A DNA stretch of 63,610 bases, counting the filler, from Stramenopiles sp. TOSAG23-2 (lineage: Eukaryota): NCBI GenBank assembly GCA_900128395.1. It is 6 parts of 6 records of this genome, joined end to end, with 100 filler letters (N's around TTAATTAATTAA, not from the genome) between each part and the next. Parts side by side here need not be neighbours in the genome. Positions count along the whole stretch, not along the records: positions 11,129 to 22,151 come from LT649971.1; positions 22,252 to 33,246 come from LT649972.1; 4 more parts are not named here. One strand, given 5' to 3'. The translations under genes were made by a program, and so were the position numbers. Below are positions 11,129 to 23,889 of the stretch, piece by piece. The notes beneath the pieces were generated by a model. It was not told where the DNA came from. It worked only from the letters and a program-made list of their open reading frames with translations, and searched no databases. Every line of letters starts with the position of its first letter. Position 1 is the stretch's first letter.

Positions 11129-14100
11129 ATTATTAAAGCAGAAGCGCCAGCTACAATATGCGAGTACGTAAGTTTGCTAATTTATTCACATAATAAAGCT
11201 AATATTATAGAAGTTGTTGATACTCACATGCAAGAATCAAAAGCAAGATTAAAACGGTTAGCCAGGTACAACAAAGAAAATAAAATTCGACTAAAGAAGA
11301 AAATGAAATTAAACAGCTAGATGATATGGGAAGAAAAATACATGTAATTGAATTGATTGATGTTGCTGGATTACCACAAAAAGATAGACAAGGATTTGCA
11401 TACCAACCTTATTGTGAAATACTGGTACCTGGTGCGCCAAACTTTCAAACATACGTCTCAACTGTTGCTAAAGCAAAAGTTGGCGGCGCTAATGGCGACA
11501 ACGAGAACGAAAAAACAAAGTCAAAAGTTAAGAAATCATTAAAAGGAACCTTGCTGTTTAAAAAACGTAATCGTGCTTTTGTAAAGCGTTGGATGATGAA
11601 AGACACAGGTATAATTATTGCCGTTTACAATAAACGGACGAATCAAATGCTTGGAAAAATCAACATGCGAAGATTTGAAGTAACTACCAAAAGTAGAGAA
11701 GGTAGCTTTCAATATTATCCTCTCCTTGATAATGATGGACACAAAACTGTTGGTAGAATTGGTGTTGCATTTTACGTTGGTGCAGAAATTAGTGTATGTA
11801 GGGAAGTCGTAAGAAGAAATAATAAAGAGTGTTTGTACACACATTTCTTTGCATGGAAAAAATCATCTACTGGTGAAACAAATTTAATTATCAGGGTAGT
11901 CAAAGAATCATTTGTTTATTACTCTTTAAAATACCCATATAAAAAGAAGAAGGAAAAAACCAAGGTTGGAAGCTACAAACATTTAACATTTAAAGAAAAA
12001 TTAGAACAGGCCCGAGTCGAAAAGATAGAATGGGACAGGAAAGAAAAAGAATGGGAAAATGTAATTTATGCTTTGCTGATTGAAAAAAATCCAAAAAATG
12101 CAGATAGAGGAAAAATACGGACGATGTTAGAAAAAAATAAAGGTAGGGAGGAAAAATTAATAAAGAATTTACACAAAAAATATAGAAGGCCAATACCATT
12201 TCAGTATCGCGATGAAAACGATGGTGTCACGGCGCAGTTTCAATTACCAATGGATATGGAGCAACAAATTCCAAGGATAGTCATGACGGAAGAGGCATTC
12301 ATGAAATTGGCCCATGATGCCCATTTAGAAGAATATGCAGACCCTCAAAATATTTTCCGAGAGACATTGCAAAAAATGTTGGATATACGAAAGAAAACTC
12401 ATGCAGACAAGGATACTGGAGTGACGATACTTACACGAGGTTTACATTTTCGCGGTTTCCGCGCGGCACTTTTTAGGCTTGGTAAAGATAACCATTTAAA
12501 AGGTACAAAATCTGCTGTAAGAAGCATTATAATTAAGCAATTTCTTATTAAAAACTTGCCGTTCTATGGGCCAATGCGACTGATTAGGAAAACGATAAAG
12601 GCACAATTTGAAAAAAATGTTGATGTTCTTCTTGATACAATCAACGTGCTTGAAATAGCTAAAAAAAGACATGTGGAGCATATTGCTATAATTGCACTGC
12701 AACGAGCGTATCGACGCCGTATTCGATTTAATAAGGCCAAACGTATAATTAAGCGATGGCTACATAAGTTAAGTGAAGAAATCAGACAAACTAAGCAACG
12801 CAATTCACTTGCACATCAAATGGCCAAGGCTATGCAAGATGGGGAAGATGAAGATAATGAAGATGATAAAGATGATGAAAACGATGATGAAGCTGATAAA
12901 ATCAAGGCAGAAAAACCAAAAACATTTTTTGGAAAAATAATGGGAATATTTTCTATGTCGGGAGGCAAAGAATTAAATTTTGACTTTGACGAAGATGAAG
13001 AAGAAGATGAAACAGATTCGGATGACGACTCTGATTCTGATGATGAAAAGAAGACGGAAAAAAAGCAAGATGTGGGCGGAGACGAGGACAAGTCGTCTGT
13101 GAAAACAACCAAGGCTTTATCAGGAAGGAAAATGAAACGCCTAAAAAAGGCGGTACAGCGTAGCAATAATGCAAGAAGATTTGCAAGGCGAAATAAAGGT
13201 CTAAAGGACGAAGATGGTGATACGAATTTATCAAAAAAGAAAGAGGAAAAGAAAAAAATAGATCTGTCCTTGGAATCTGATGAATCAATCCGAGAAATGA
13301 TTAAACATGAACGAAAAATAGGAAGAACATGGAATTATGTAACTAAACGCGTCTTCAAAATATTGATGAAAGTGCGAGAAGCATATCGAAACGAAGGCGA
13401 TCAAGGCGAAGTCAAGGTAAATTGGAAGCAAATGGATAACATTATGATGGTTTTTAATGGATATTATTCACGGGGTATGGTATATTTAAATGTCGTACTT
13501 TCAATTATGATGAACCCAGTAATAATAGACAATACACCACAAACTTTTGTAGATCCAAATGTCAATGGAACTATTGCAAACGTGTCGACAGTTGCTACCA
13601 TACAAAATGTGGCTTCTCCAGAAAACCCAACTTCACAACTACCTGTGTTTGACTATCGAGCCGAAATGTTAAAGTTAGGTAGTTTTGGAAGAACGTTTTT
13701 ATTGATACTTGATGGTATTGTTTATATACCACAATTTACAGTTCCTGAAAATGGACCATTACGGGAAGATCTATTTCCGGACAATGAGCCATTTACATTT
13801 TTCTTTTACTTTTCAATGGCAATTTGCTTTTTCTTCCCAATTTACACTATTCATGCGATCAGCAAAGCTAGGGATGGGACTTTAGGCTGCGGACCAGATG
13901 GAAAGCCTGCCAGCTTCATGTCACGAGAAGGGGCTTATATGCAGGGCTTAAGTTTCATACAGAATAATTTATACTTTGGCGTTTTGCGTACTTTAGCATC
14001 AACATTTGCTTGTACTTACTCTGCAAAAGATGCTGCGTTCTTCTTAAATGAGGATAAGACGGTCGAATGTTTTACTATAGATGAAAATACGCAACACCTT

Positions 14101-14841
14101 CAATTTATACTTTTTGCGACAATGGCTATAGCATTATTTTTTCCATTGGCTACAATGCTCGTACCAACTATACAATTTTACAATAAGGCGTTAGATCTGA
14201 AGTTTGATCAAGGTTTTGTCATTGCAGAGAGGCAGGCAGATTTATTTGTTGCCATTTTCGCAGTATTTTTCTCATCTAGTCCAGAAGTTGTTTTATTTGG
14301 ACAGCTATTTATTTGTACAAGTTTAGCTCTATTAAATTACCAAATGAATCCTTGTCTAGTAAAAGAATTTAACTTCTTAAAGACGTGGCTGTATTTATTA
14401 TGTGCATATTTTTCTTTTTGTGGTTTAATATATGTCTATTTAACAAAAAGTGGAAATGTTAGTTCAACGGTTTTCTTCTTTGCTATGGGCACTATGTTTA
14501 TCGGATGGCCAGTATTTGGTATATCTGGCTATGCTTACTACAACAAGCAATGGACTAAAGCATGGATAAAAAAGATGTTTGGTGACAATGGCAGTAAGAA
14601 AACTCAAGTTGCAAATGAAGAGGATGAAAAGCAAAAATTATTGTCAGTAGAGAATCCTGATAATGAGACGGAAGATGATGCAAAAGGAAACAAGATAAAG
14701 CCACCGGAGCACACCGTTGTGTCAATGCCTGACAGTAATAATGATAAGAAGATGTCAACAACTGAAAAAATTAAACTGAAAAGAAATGGTAGCAAAGGGT
14801 CTCCAATGAGAAGAAGATCAACTAAAGTTAAACCGATATGA
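11129..14841 (+). CDS. C2-domain/IQ-motif multi-pass membrane protein, left-arm copy (5'-partial; 1-nt deletion at 11311/11312)
   Basis: C2-like HVIELIDVAGLP...QPYCEI, IQ-like ALQRAYRRRI, acidic tracts, C-terminal multi-TM domain; probable intron 11164-11210. Confidence 0.75.
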
Positions 14842-15192
14842 TATATGAAATACGAACTTCGTACGAGCGTGTACATCATACACACATAAAAATTTCAAAA
14901 AAATAAAAAAGACTATTATATATATATATAAATATATATATAATATACTAAGTATGATAGTAATACAATGTCATATTAGTTGAAAACAAATTTGTACACA
15001 TTTATAAATATCATCTTCTTGGATTGCATGATTAAAAATATACGTCGTAAATGATACAAATTTTCCAAAAATTATTGATTTTCGTAGAATCTAAATCTAG
15101 GCATTGGAAGTCCTCTCTCAGAAAAACCGGGTCATATATATAATACTGTATCTTTATACGTATTACACACACACACACACACACACATTATT

Positions 15193-16613
15193 TTAATCAT
15201 CAGCTGTACTATCATAAGCTACCTTTCCATCAACATAGGTTTGAAGGACTTTAAAAGTCTTGCCATCTAGGAGTAGAAAATCAGCATCAAAACCAGCTAT
15301 TAATTTGCCTTTCCTTTTCAAATTTAAAACAGTTGCAGGGGCAACGGTAGCAGCGAAAATTGATTCTTCTATTTTACAATTAGTCATTTCTTTAAAATTA
15401 ACAACTGATTCTATCATATTTACAACACTTCCAGCTAAAACATTTGGCTTACCAGTAATAAATGCTCTCTTTCGTTTGCGATGCTCCATGGTAATGCTCT
15501 CTTCTATTGACACATTCATTTCACCAAGTTTATGTGTTCCTACACCTAGTCCCATGGCTGACATTGCATCTGTTACTATGACGGCACCTTTTGGTCTGCT
15601 TTTAAAGGCCATCTTCACTGAAGCTGGATGAGAATGGAATAAATCTGCTATGATTCCATAATGTACCGTTTTGTCTTTGCATCCTAGTAGGCCAACAATA
15701 CCAGGATCTCGATGATGAAAGGCAGACATTGCATTAAATACTTTTAATTTAAAAGGTTAGTAAACTTCGTAAAGGAGGAGAAAGAGGATATATCTATTAT
15801 TTTAAATTAAATCTTACAATGCGTTATTTTTCTTGCGCCATTTTCAAATGCCGCAATTGCTTGATCAAACGTAGCCATACTATGACCGATACTTATATTG
15901 ATATTATCATTGACAGTTAAATGTTTAATAGTCTCCAATGCTCCATTTAATTCTGGAGCGATGGTGATTAAACTTATGTCTTTCATATTTTCTTTTCCGT
16001 ACAAAGAATACAATGATGAAACATTTACTTGTTCTATGATAAATGATTCATTGTGTGCCCCTTTTTTTTTCTTATTGATAAATGGACCTTCCAGATGTAT
16101 TCCAATTATTGTTGCTACAGCTTTCTTATTCTTATTGCTATTATTGTAATTGTTACCTTCAATAACATTTTTTACTTTGCGTATTATCGGCAATACTTGT
16201 TGATATGTCTCTTTAGGCGAAGTCACAACAGTTGGTAGATATGATGTAACACCGTATTTCAATAACTTATGACTAACTTTAATTACATCACTTTCAGTTA
16301 ATTTTATATTTGAAAAATCTATTCCAAACGCGCCATTGAATTGCAAGTCTATGAAACCAGGGCAACATATGTTACCACCACCATCTATTACGACATCTGC
16401 AGAGAAATCTAGCTCTTCTTTAACTGCGTTCCAAAATTGCTTTTGAGAATCGATTATACAACTTCTTCTTATATGATTGTCATCATCATAGATGTGATAC
16501 CAGAGGTCAGAGTCAGTTAATTTATTATCTTTTAATAATTTTACATTCTTTACACGGACAGTTGTTGGTATTGTCCGCTTCCTTTTTCTATTATTCATGT
16601 GTTTTGTATGCAT
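15193..16613 (-). CDS. nagA: N-acetylglucosamine-6-phosphate deacetylase, left-arm copy; exons 15818-16613 and 15193-15740
   Basis: Mirror image of 16666-18086. Confidence 0.9.
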
Positions 16614-16665
16614 GATTTTGTTGCATCAAATATATATACGTATATATATTTGATGCAACAAAATC

Positions 16666-18086
16666 ATGCATACAAAACACATGAATAATAGAAAAAGGAA
16701 GCGGACAATACCAACAACTGTCCGTGTAAAGAATGTAAAATTATTAAAAGATAATAAATTAACTGACTCTGACCTCTGGTATCACATCTATGATGATGAC
16801 AATCATATAAGAAGAAGTTGTATAATCGATTCTCAAAAGCAATTTTGGAACGCAGTTAAAGAAGAGCTAGATTTCTCTGCAGATGTCGTAATAGATGGTG
16901 GTGGTAACATATGTTGCCCTGGTTTCATAGACTTGCAATTCAATGGCGCGTTTGGAATAGATTTTTCAAATATAAAATTAACTGAAAGTGATGTAATTAA
17001 AGTTAGTCATAAGTTATTGAAATACGGTGTTACATCATATCTACCAACTGTTGTGACTTCGCCTAAAGAGACATATCAACAAGTATTGCCGATAATACGC
17101 AAAGTAAAAAATGTTATTGAAGGTAACAATTACAATAATAGCAATAAGAATAAGAAAGCTGTAGCAACAATAATTGGAATACATCTGGAAGGTCCATTTA
17201 TCAATAAGAAAAAAAAAGGGGCACACAATGAATCATTTATCATAGAACAAGTAAATGTTTCATCATTGTATTCTTTGTACGGAAAAGAAAATATGAAAGA
17301 CATAAGTTTAATCACCATCGCTCCAGAATTAAATGGAGCATTGGAGACTATTAAACATTTAACTGTCAATGATAATATCAATATAAGTATCGGTCATAGT
17401 ATGGCTACGTTTGATCAAGCAATTGCGGCATTTGAAAATGGCGCAAGAAAAATAACGCATTGTAAGATTTAATTTAAAATAATAGATATATCCTCTTTCT
17501 CCTCCTTTACGAAGTTTACTAACCTTTTAAATTAAAAGTATTTAATGCAATGTCTGCCTTTCATCATCGAGATCCTGGTATTGTTGGCCTACTAGGATGC
17601 AAAGACAAAACGGTACATTATGGAATCATAGCAGATTTATTCCATTCTCATCCAGCTTCAGTGAAGATGGCCTTTAAAAGCAGACCAAAAGGTGCCGTCA
17701 TAGTAACAGATGCAATGTCAGCCATGGGACTAGGTGTAGGAACACATAAACTTGGTGAAATGAATGTGTCAATAGAAGAGAGCATTACCATGGAGCATCG
17801 CAAACGAAAGAGAGCATTTATTACTGGTAAGCCAAATGTTTTAGCTGGAAGTGTTGTAAATATGATAGAATCAGTTGTTAATTTTAAAGAAATGACTAAT
17901 TGTAAAATAGAAGAATCAATTTTCGCTGCTACCGTTGCCCCTGCAACTGTTTTAAATTTGAAAAGGAAAGGCAAATTAATAGCTGGTTTTGATGCTGATT
18001 TTCTACTCCTAGATGGCAAGACTTTTAAAGTCCTTCAAACCTATGTTGATGGAAAGGTAGCTTATGATAGTACAGCTGATGATTAA
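16666..18086 (+). CDS. nagA: N-acetylglucosamine-6-phosphate deacetylase (AMDHD2/NagA); exons 16666-17461 and 17539-18086, 447 aa
   Basis: PGFIDLQFNG, HLEGPFI, TIAPE, GHS, VTDAM, LAGS; removing the intron restores the conserved THLFNAM. Confidence 0.93.
17462..17538 (+). other. 77-nt spliceosomal intron in nagA (mirror copy 15741-15817)
   Basis: GTAAGA donor, TACTAAC branch point at 17517-17523, AAG acceptor; the splice gives CAT T|TA TTT AAT GCA ATG. Confidence 0.92.
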
Positions 18087-18437
18087 AATAATGTGTGTGT
18101 GTGTGTGTGTGTGTAATACGTATAAAGATACAGTATTATATATATGACCCGGTTTTTCTGAGAGAGGACTTCCAATGCCTAGATTTAGATTCTACGAAAA
18201 TCAATAATTTTTGGAAAATTTGTATCATTTACGACGTATATTTTTAATCATGCAATCCAAGAAGATGATATTTATAAATGTGTACAAATTTGTTTTCAAC
18301 TAATATGACATTGTATTACTATCATACTTAGTATATTATATATATATTTATATATATATATAATAGTCTTTTTTATTTTTTTGAAATTTTTATGTGTGTA
18401 TGATGTACACGCTCGTACGAAGTTCGTATTTCATATA

Positions 18438-21400
18438 TCATATCGGTTTAACTTTAGTTGATCTTCTTCTCATTGGAGACCCTTTGCTACCATTTCTTTT
18501 CAGTTTAATTTTTTCAGTTGTTGACATCTTCTTATCATTATTACTGTCAGGCATTGACACAACGGTGTGCTCCGGTGGCTTTATCTTGTTTCCTTTTGCA
18601 TCATCTTCCGTCTCATTATCAGGATTCTCTACTGACAATAATTTTTGCTTTTCATCCTCTTCATTTGCAACTTGAGTTTTCTTACTGCCATTGTCACCAA
18701 ACATCTTTTTTATCCATGCTTTAGTCCATTGCTTGTTGTAGTAAGCATAGCCAGATATACCAAATACTGGCCATCCGATAAACATAGTGCCCATAGCAAA
18801 GAAGAAAACCGTTGAACTAACATTTCCACTTTTTGTTAAATAGACATATATTAAACCACAAAAAGAAAAATATGCACATAATAAATACAGCCACGTCTTT
18901 AAGAAGTTAAATTCTTTTACTAGACAAGGATTCATTTGGTAATTTAATAGAGCTAAACTTGTACAAATAAATAGCTGTCCAAATAAAACAACTTCTGGAC
19001 TAGATGAGAAAAATACTGCGAAAATGGCAACAAATAAATCTGCCTGCCTCTCTGCAATGACAAAACCTTGATCAAACTTCAGATCTAACGCCTTATTGTA
19101 AAATTGTATAGTTGGTACGAGCATTGTAGCCAATGGAAAAAATAATGCTATAGCTATTGTCGCAAAAAGTATAAATTGAAGGTGTTGCGTATTTTCATCT
19201 ATAGTAAAACATTCGACCGTCTTATCCTCATTTAAGAAGAACGCAGCATCTTTTGCAGAGTAAGTACAAGCAAATGTTGATGCTAAAGTACGCAAAACGC
19301 CAAAGTATAAATTATTCTGTATGAAACTTAAGCCCTGCATATAAGCCCCTTCTCGTGACATGAAGCTGGCAGGCTTTCCATCTGGTCCGCAGCCTAAAGT
19401 CCCATCCCTAGCTTTGCTGATCGCATGAATAGTGTAAATTGGGAAGAAAAAGCAAATTGCCATTGAAAAGTAAAAGAAAAATGTAAATGGCTCATTGTCC
19501 GGAAATAGATCTTCCCGTAATGGTCCATTTTCAGGAACTGTAAATTGTGGTATATAAACAATACCATCAAGTATCAATAAAAACGTTCTTCCAAAACTAC
19601 CTAACTTTAACATTTCGGCTCGATAGTCAAACACAGGTAGTTGTGAAGTTGGGTTTTCTGGAGAAGCCACATTTTGTATGGTAGCAACTGTCGACACGTT
19701 TGCAATAGTTCCATTGACATTTGGATCTACAAAAGTTTGTGGTGTATTGTCTATTATTACTGGGTTCATCATAATTGAAAGTACGACATTTAAATATACC
19801 ATACCCCGTGAATAATATCCATTAAAAACCATCATAATGTTATCCATTTGCTTCCAATTTACCTTGACTTCGCCTTGATCGCCTTCGTTTCGATATGCTT
19901 CTCGCACTTTCATCAATATTTTGAAGACGCGTTTAGTTACATAATTCCATGTTCTTCCTATTTTTCGTTCATGTTTAATCATTTCTCGGATTGATTCATC
20001 AGATTCCAAGGACAGATCTATTTTTTTCTTTTCCTCTTTCTTTTTTGATAAATTCGTATCACCATCTTCGTCCTTTAGACCTTTATTTCGCCTTGCAAAT
20101 CTTCTTGCATTATTGCTACGCTGTACCGCCTTTTTTAGGCGTTTCATTTTCCTTCCTGATAAAGCCTTGGTTGTTTTCACAGACGACTTGTCCTCGTCTC
20201 CGCCCACATCTTGCTTTTTTTCCGTCTTCTTTTCATCATCAGAATCAGAGTCGTCATCCGAATCTGTTTCATCTTCTTCTTCATCTTCGTCAAAGTCAAA
20301 ATTTAATTCTTTGCCTCCCGACATAGAAAATATTCCCATTATTTTTCCAAAAAATGTTTTTGGTTTTTCTGCCTTGATTTTATCAGCTTCATCATCGTTT
20401 TCATCATCTTTATCATCTTCATTATCTTCATCTTCCCCATCTTGCATAGCCTTGGCCATTTGATGTGCAAGTGAATTGCGTTGCTTAGTTTGTCTGATTT
20501 CTTCACTTAACTTATGTAGCCATCGCTTAATTATACGTTTGGCCTTATTAAATCGAATACGGCGTCGATACGCTCGTTGCAGTGCAATTATAGCAATATG
20601 CTCCACATGTCTTTTTTTAGCTATTTCAAGCACGTTGATTGTATCAAGAAGAACATCAACATTTTTTTCAAATTGTGCCTTTATCGTTTTCCTAATCAGT
20701 CGCATTGGCCCATAGAACGGCAAGTTTTTAATAAGAAATTGCTTAATTATAATGCTTCTTACAGCAGATTTTGTACCTTTTAAATGGTTATCTTTACCAA
20801 GCCTAAAAAGTGCCGCGCGGAAACCGCGAAAATGTAAACCTCGTGTAAGTATCGTCACTCCAGTATCCTTGTCTGCATGAGTTTTCTTTCGTATATCCAA
20901 CATTTTTTGCAATGTCTCTCGGAAAATATTTTGAGGGTCTGCATATTCTTCTAAATGGGCATCATGGGCCAACTTCATGAATGCCTCTTCCGTCATGACT
21001 ATCCTTGGAATTTGTTGCTCCATATCCATTGGTAATTGAAACTGCGCCGTGACACCATCGTTTTCATCGCGATACTGAAATGGTATTGGCCTTCTATATT
21101 TTTTGTGTAAATTCTTTATTAATTTTTCCTCCCTACCTTTATTTTTTTCTAACATCGTCCGTATTTTTCCTCTATCTGCATTTTTTGGATTTTTTTCAAT
21201 CAGCAAAGCATAAATTACATTTTCCCATTCTTTTTCTTTCCTGTCCCATTCTATCTTTTCGACTCGGGCCTGTTCTAATTTTTCTTTAAATGTTAAATGT
21301 TTGTAGCTTCCAACCTTGGTTTTTTCCTTCTTCTTTTTATATGGGTATTTTAAAGAGTAATAAACAAATGATTCTTTGACTACCCTGATAATTAAATTTG

Positions 21401-22151
21401 TTTCACCAGTAGATGATTTTTTCCATGCAAAGAAATGTGTGTACAAACACTCTTTATTATTTCTTCTTACGACTTCCCTACATACACTAATTTCTGCACC
21501 AACGTAAAATGCAACACCAATTCTACCAACAGTTTTGTGTCCATCATTATCAAGGAGAGGATAATATTGAAAGCTACCTTCTCTACTTTTGGTAGTTACT
21601 TCAAATCTTCGCATGTTGATTTTTCCAAGCATTTGATTCGTCCGTTTATTGTAAACGGCAATAATTATACCTGTGTCTTTCATCATCCAACGCTTTACAA
21701 AAGCACGATTACGTTTTTTAAACAGCAAGGTTCCTTTTAATGATTTCTTAACTTTTGACTTTGTTTTTTCGTTCTCGTTGTCGCCATTAGCGCCGCCAAC
21801 TTTTGCTTTAGCAACAGTTGAGACGTATGTTTGAAAGTTTGGCGCACCAGGTACCAGTATTTCACAATAAGGTTGGTATGCAAATCCTTGTCTATCTTTT
21901 TGTGGTAATCCAGCAACATCAATCAATTCAATTACATGTATTTTTCTTCCCATATCATCTAGCTGTTGTAATTTCATTTTCTTCTTTAGTCGAATTTTAT
22001 TTTCTTTGTTGTACCTGGCTAACCGTTTTAATCTTGCTTTTGATTCTTGCATGTGAGTATCAACAACTTCTATAATATTAGCTTTATTATGTGAATAAAT
22101 TAGCAAACTTACGTACTCGCATATTGTAGCTGGCGCTTCTGCTTTAATAAT
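18438..22151 (-). CDS. C2-domain/IQ-motif multi-pass membrane protein, right-arm copy (intact frame, 5'-partial)
   Basis: 1222-aa ORF; a probable GTACGT...GCTAAT...TAG intron at 22070-22116 extends the frame (LLKQKRQLQYAK/VVDTH) to the contig edge. Confidence 0.78.
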   Translation of the reverse strand: MIKAEAPATICEYVSLLIYSHNKANIIEVVDTHMQESKARLKRLARYNKENKIRLKKKMKLQQLDDMGRKIHVIELIDVAGLPQKDRQGFAYQPYCEILVPGAPNFQTYVSTVAKAKVGGANGDNENEKTKSKVKKSLKGTLLFKKRNRAFVKRWMMKDTGIIIAVYNKRTNQMLGKINMRRFEVTTKSREGSFQYYPLLDNDGHKTVGRIGVAFYVGAEISVCREVVRRNNKECLYTHFFAWKKSSTGETNLIIRVVKESFVYYSLKYPYKKKKEKTKVGSYKHLTFKEKLEQARVEKIEWDRKEKEWENVIYALLIEKNPKNADRGKIRTMLEKNKGREEKLIKNLHKKYRRPIPFQYRDENDGVTAQFQLPMDMEQQIPRIVMTEEAFMKLAHDAHLEEYADPQNIFRETLQKMLDIRKKTHADKDTGVTILTRGLHFRGFRAALFRLGKDNHLKGTKSAVRSIIIKQFLIKNLPFYGPMRLIRKTIKAQFEKNVDVLLDTINVLEIAKKRHVEHIAIIALQRAYRRRIRFNKAKRIIKRWLHKLSEEIRQTKQRNSLAHQMAKAMQDGEDEDNEDDKDDENDDEADKIKAEKPKTFFGKIMGIFSMSGGKELNFDFDEDEEEDETDSDDDSDSDDEKKTEKKQDVGGDEDKSSVKTTKALSGRKMKRLKKAVQRSNNARRFARRNKGLKDEDGDTNLSKKKEEKKKIDLSLESDESIREMIKHERKIGRTWNYVTKRVFKILMKVREAYRNEGDQGEVKVNWKQMDNIMMVFNGYYSRGMVYLNVVLSIMMNPVIIDNTPQTFVDPNVNGTIANVSTVATIQNVASPENPTSQLPVFDYRAEMLKLGSFGRTFLLILDGIVYIPQFTVPENGPLREDLFPDNEPFTFFFYFSMAICFFFPIYTIHAISKARDGTLGCGPDGKPASFMSREGAYMQGLSFIQNNLYFGVLRTLASTFACTYSAKDAAFFLNEDKTVECFTIDENTQHLQFILFATIAIALFFPLATMLVPTIQFYNKALDLKFDQGFVIAERQADLFVAIFAVFFSSSPEVVLFGQLFICTSLALLNYQMNPCLVKEFNFLKTWLYLLCAYFSFCGLIYVYLTKSGNVSSTVFFFAMGTMFIGWPVFGISGYAYYNKQWTKAWIKKMFGDNGSKKTQVANEEDEKQKLLSVENPDNETEDDAKGNKIKPPEHTVVSMPDSNNDKKMSTTEKIKLKRNGSKGSPMRRRSTKVKPI

Positions 22152-22263
22152 NNNNNNNNNNNNNNNNNNNNNNNNNNNNNNNNNNNNNNNNNNNNTTAAT
22201 TAATTAANNNNNNNNNNNNNNNNNNNNNNNNNNNNNNNNNNNNNNNNNNNNAATACTAAAATA

Positions 22264-22303
<40 letters not shown>

Positions 22304-22312
22304 TACAAATAG

Positions 22313-23580
22313 AACGTGATGGTAAAAAAGAAACATTGATGGAAATATATGAATATGCATCAAATAATAATCAATTTTTCCATGGTCCAAATACAGCTGC
22401 AATGATACGTATGGTAGCAGCAAATCTTTTTCGTGATGATCGTATATCATATCATTTTTCAGATGATGCATTCGATTCTAATACTACTACATGGCATTAT
22501 GCATCGCAACATGATGGATTAAATGATACAAATGAAGCAATGAATATTAAAACATTATCATCACCTCATGGTACCAATAGTAATAATAATAATAACAACA
22601 ACAACAACAATAATATAAAACCATGTAAATGGTGGTCGCATCAACAAATTATTTATGAAATATTCCTTGCATTTATAGTCTCTGAACATGTTGATGGTAA
22701 AATGATCAAACGTTATGTCCATCGTAATTTTTTACGTCAATTTGTTGATTTAACACGAAGTGGAGATCCAGGAGAGCGTAGTTATGTAAAAGCTATTTTA
22801 CATCGTGTCTATGAAAAAGCTGTTACATATAGAAAATTTCTTCGTAGATGTATGGATTATGTATTTTTAGCATATGTGGATGATGGTGGGTTGTACCCAC
22901 CATATCCTGGATTAGATGATTTATTGGAAATATATTACAGTATTATTGATGGGTTCAATGTGCCATTGAAAGAGGAACATCATGAATTTTTTGTCAAAGT
23001 TTTATTGCCATTGCATAAAATGCGATTTTATGCGAATATTAAAGATAGTGTTATTCAATGTACAAAAGCATATTTAGAAAAAGATAGTTCCGTATCTATT
23101 CTTTGGGTACAAGCATTGTTAAAATGGTGGCCAAGACGAAATAGCGCAAAAGCTATTTGTTTCTTTCATGAGTTGAAAATGATTTTAGATTTAATATCCC
23201 CATCTAACTTTGTAAAAATGATTCCAGATTTATTTAAATTATTAGGTGAATGCATGTTGGATTCAAATTTTCAAATTGCAGAGCAAACATTATTATGTTG
23301 GAGAAGTGAATATTTTGTGAGCTTAGTAGCACAGAATCGTAAGGAAATTTTACCAAAAATTTTCCCCGCATTGCAAAAAAATGCCAAATCACATTGGCAT
23401 CCATTAATAAAATCTTTATCCATTAATGTATTGAAATTATTCAATGAAATAGATCCATGGTTAGTTACTAGATGCAATGAAGTCTTAAAGGAAGAGAAAA
23501 GTAGACAGAAAAAATTAGAAAAAATGAGACGTAAACGTAATAAAAAAGTGAATTCTGTCGTACGTTCAAAGAATAGTTAG
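22313..23580 (+). CDS. PPP2R5: PP2A B56/B' regulatory subunit (5'-partial)
   Basis: DPGERSYVKAILHRVY, LLEIYYSIIDGFNVPLKEEH, VLLPLHK, LLKWWP, NFQIAEQTL, SHWH; homology extends upstream of the ORF call to a TAG acceptor at 22310-22312, preceded by TACTAA and (AAT)n. Confidence 0.88.
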
Positions 23581-23889
23581 AGAGAGCTGTGTTCGGTGGT
23601 ACGAAGTAGGTGTGGTGATTAGAAAAAAAGAGAAAGAGAGGACAAAGAAACGTAGACAACAAAGTATGTAAAAATATGTTTTTTAGGAAACGATATAATG
23701 AAAATACGGAGAGAGATTAAAAGTGTAATGTGCGCACAATTAAAAATAAAAAATATTCTCGTCGTAAAATATTTCTTCGTACCAACACGGTATAAAATTT
23801 TCCCCTCGCCCTCCAATTTTCCATTTTACTAATATATTTATATATGATATAAATATACGTAATATTTTAATATATGAATTTTTGATAAG

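Larger units (their letters stand above)
11129..22151. repeat. Whole-contig inverted duplication (palindrome), ~5.5-kb arms, centre 16639/16640, no spacer
   Basis: All ORFs are mirrored with coordinate sum 33279; centre CAAATATATATAC|GTATATATATTTG. Confidence 0.98.

Noticed and set aside
15193..18086. nagA apparently split into 268-aa and 178-aa ORFs (pseudogene or gene fission)
   Set aside because: A canonical 77-nt intron restores THLFNAM.
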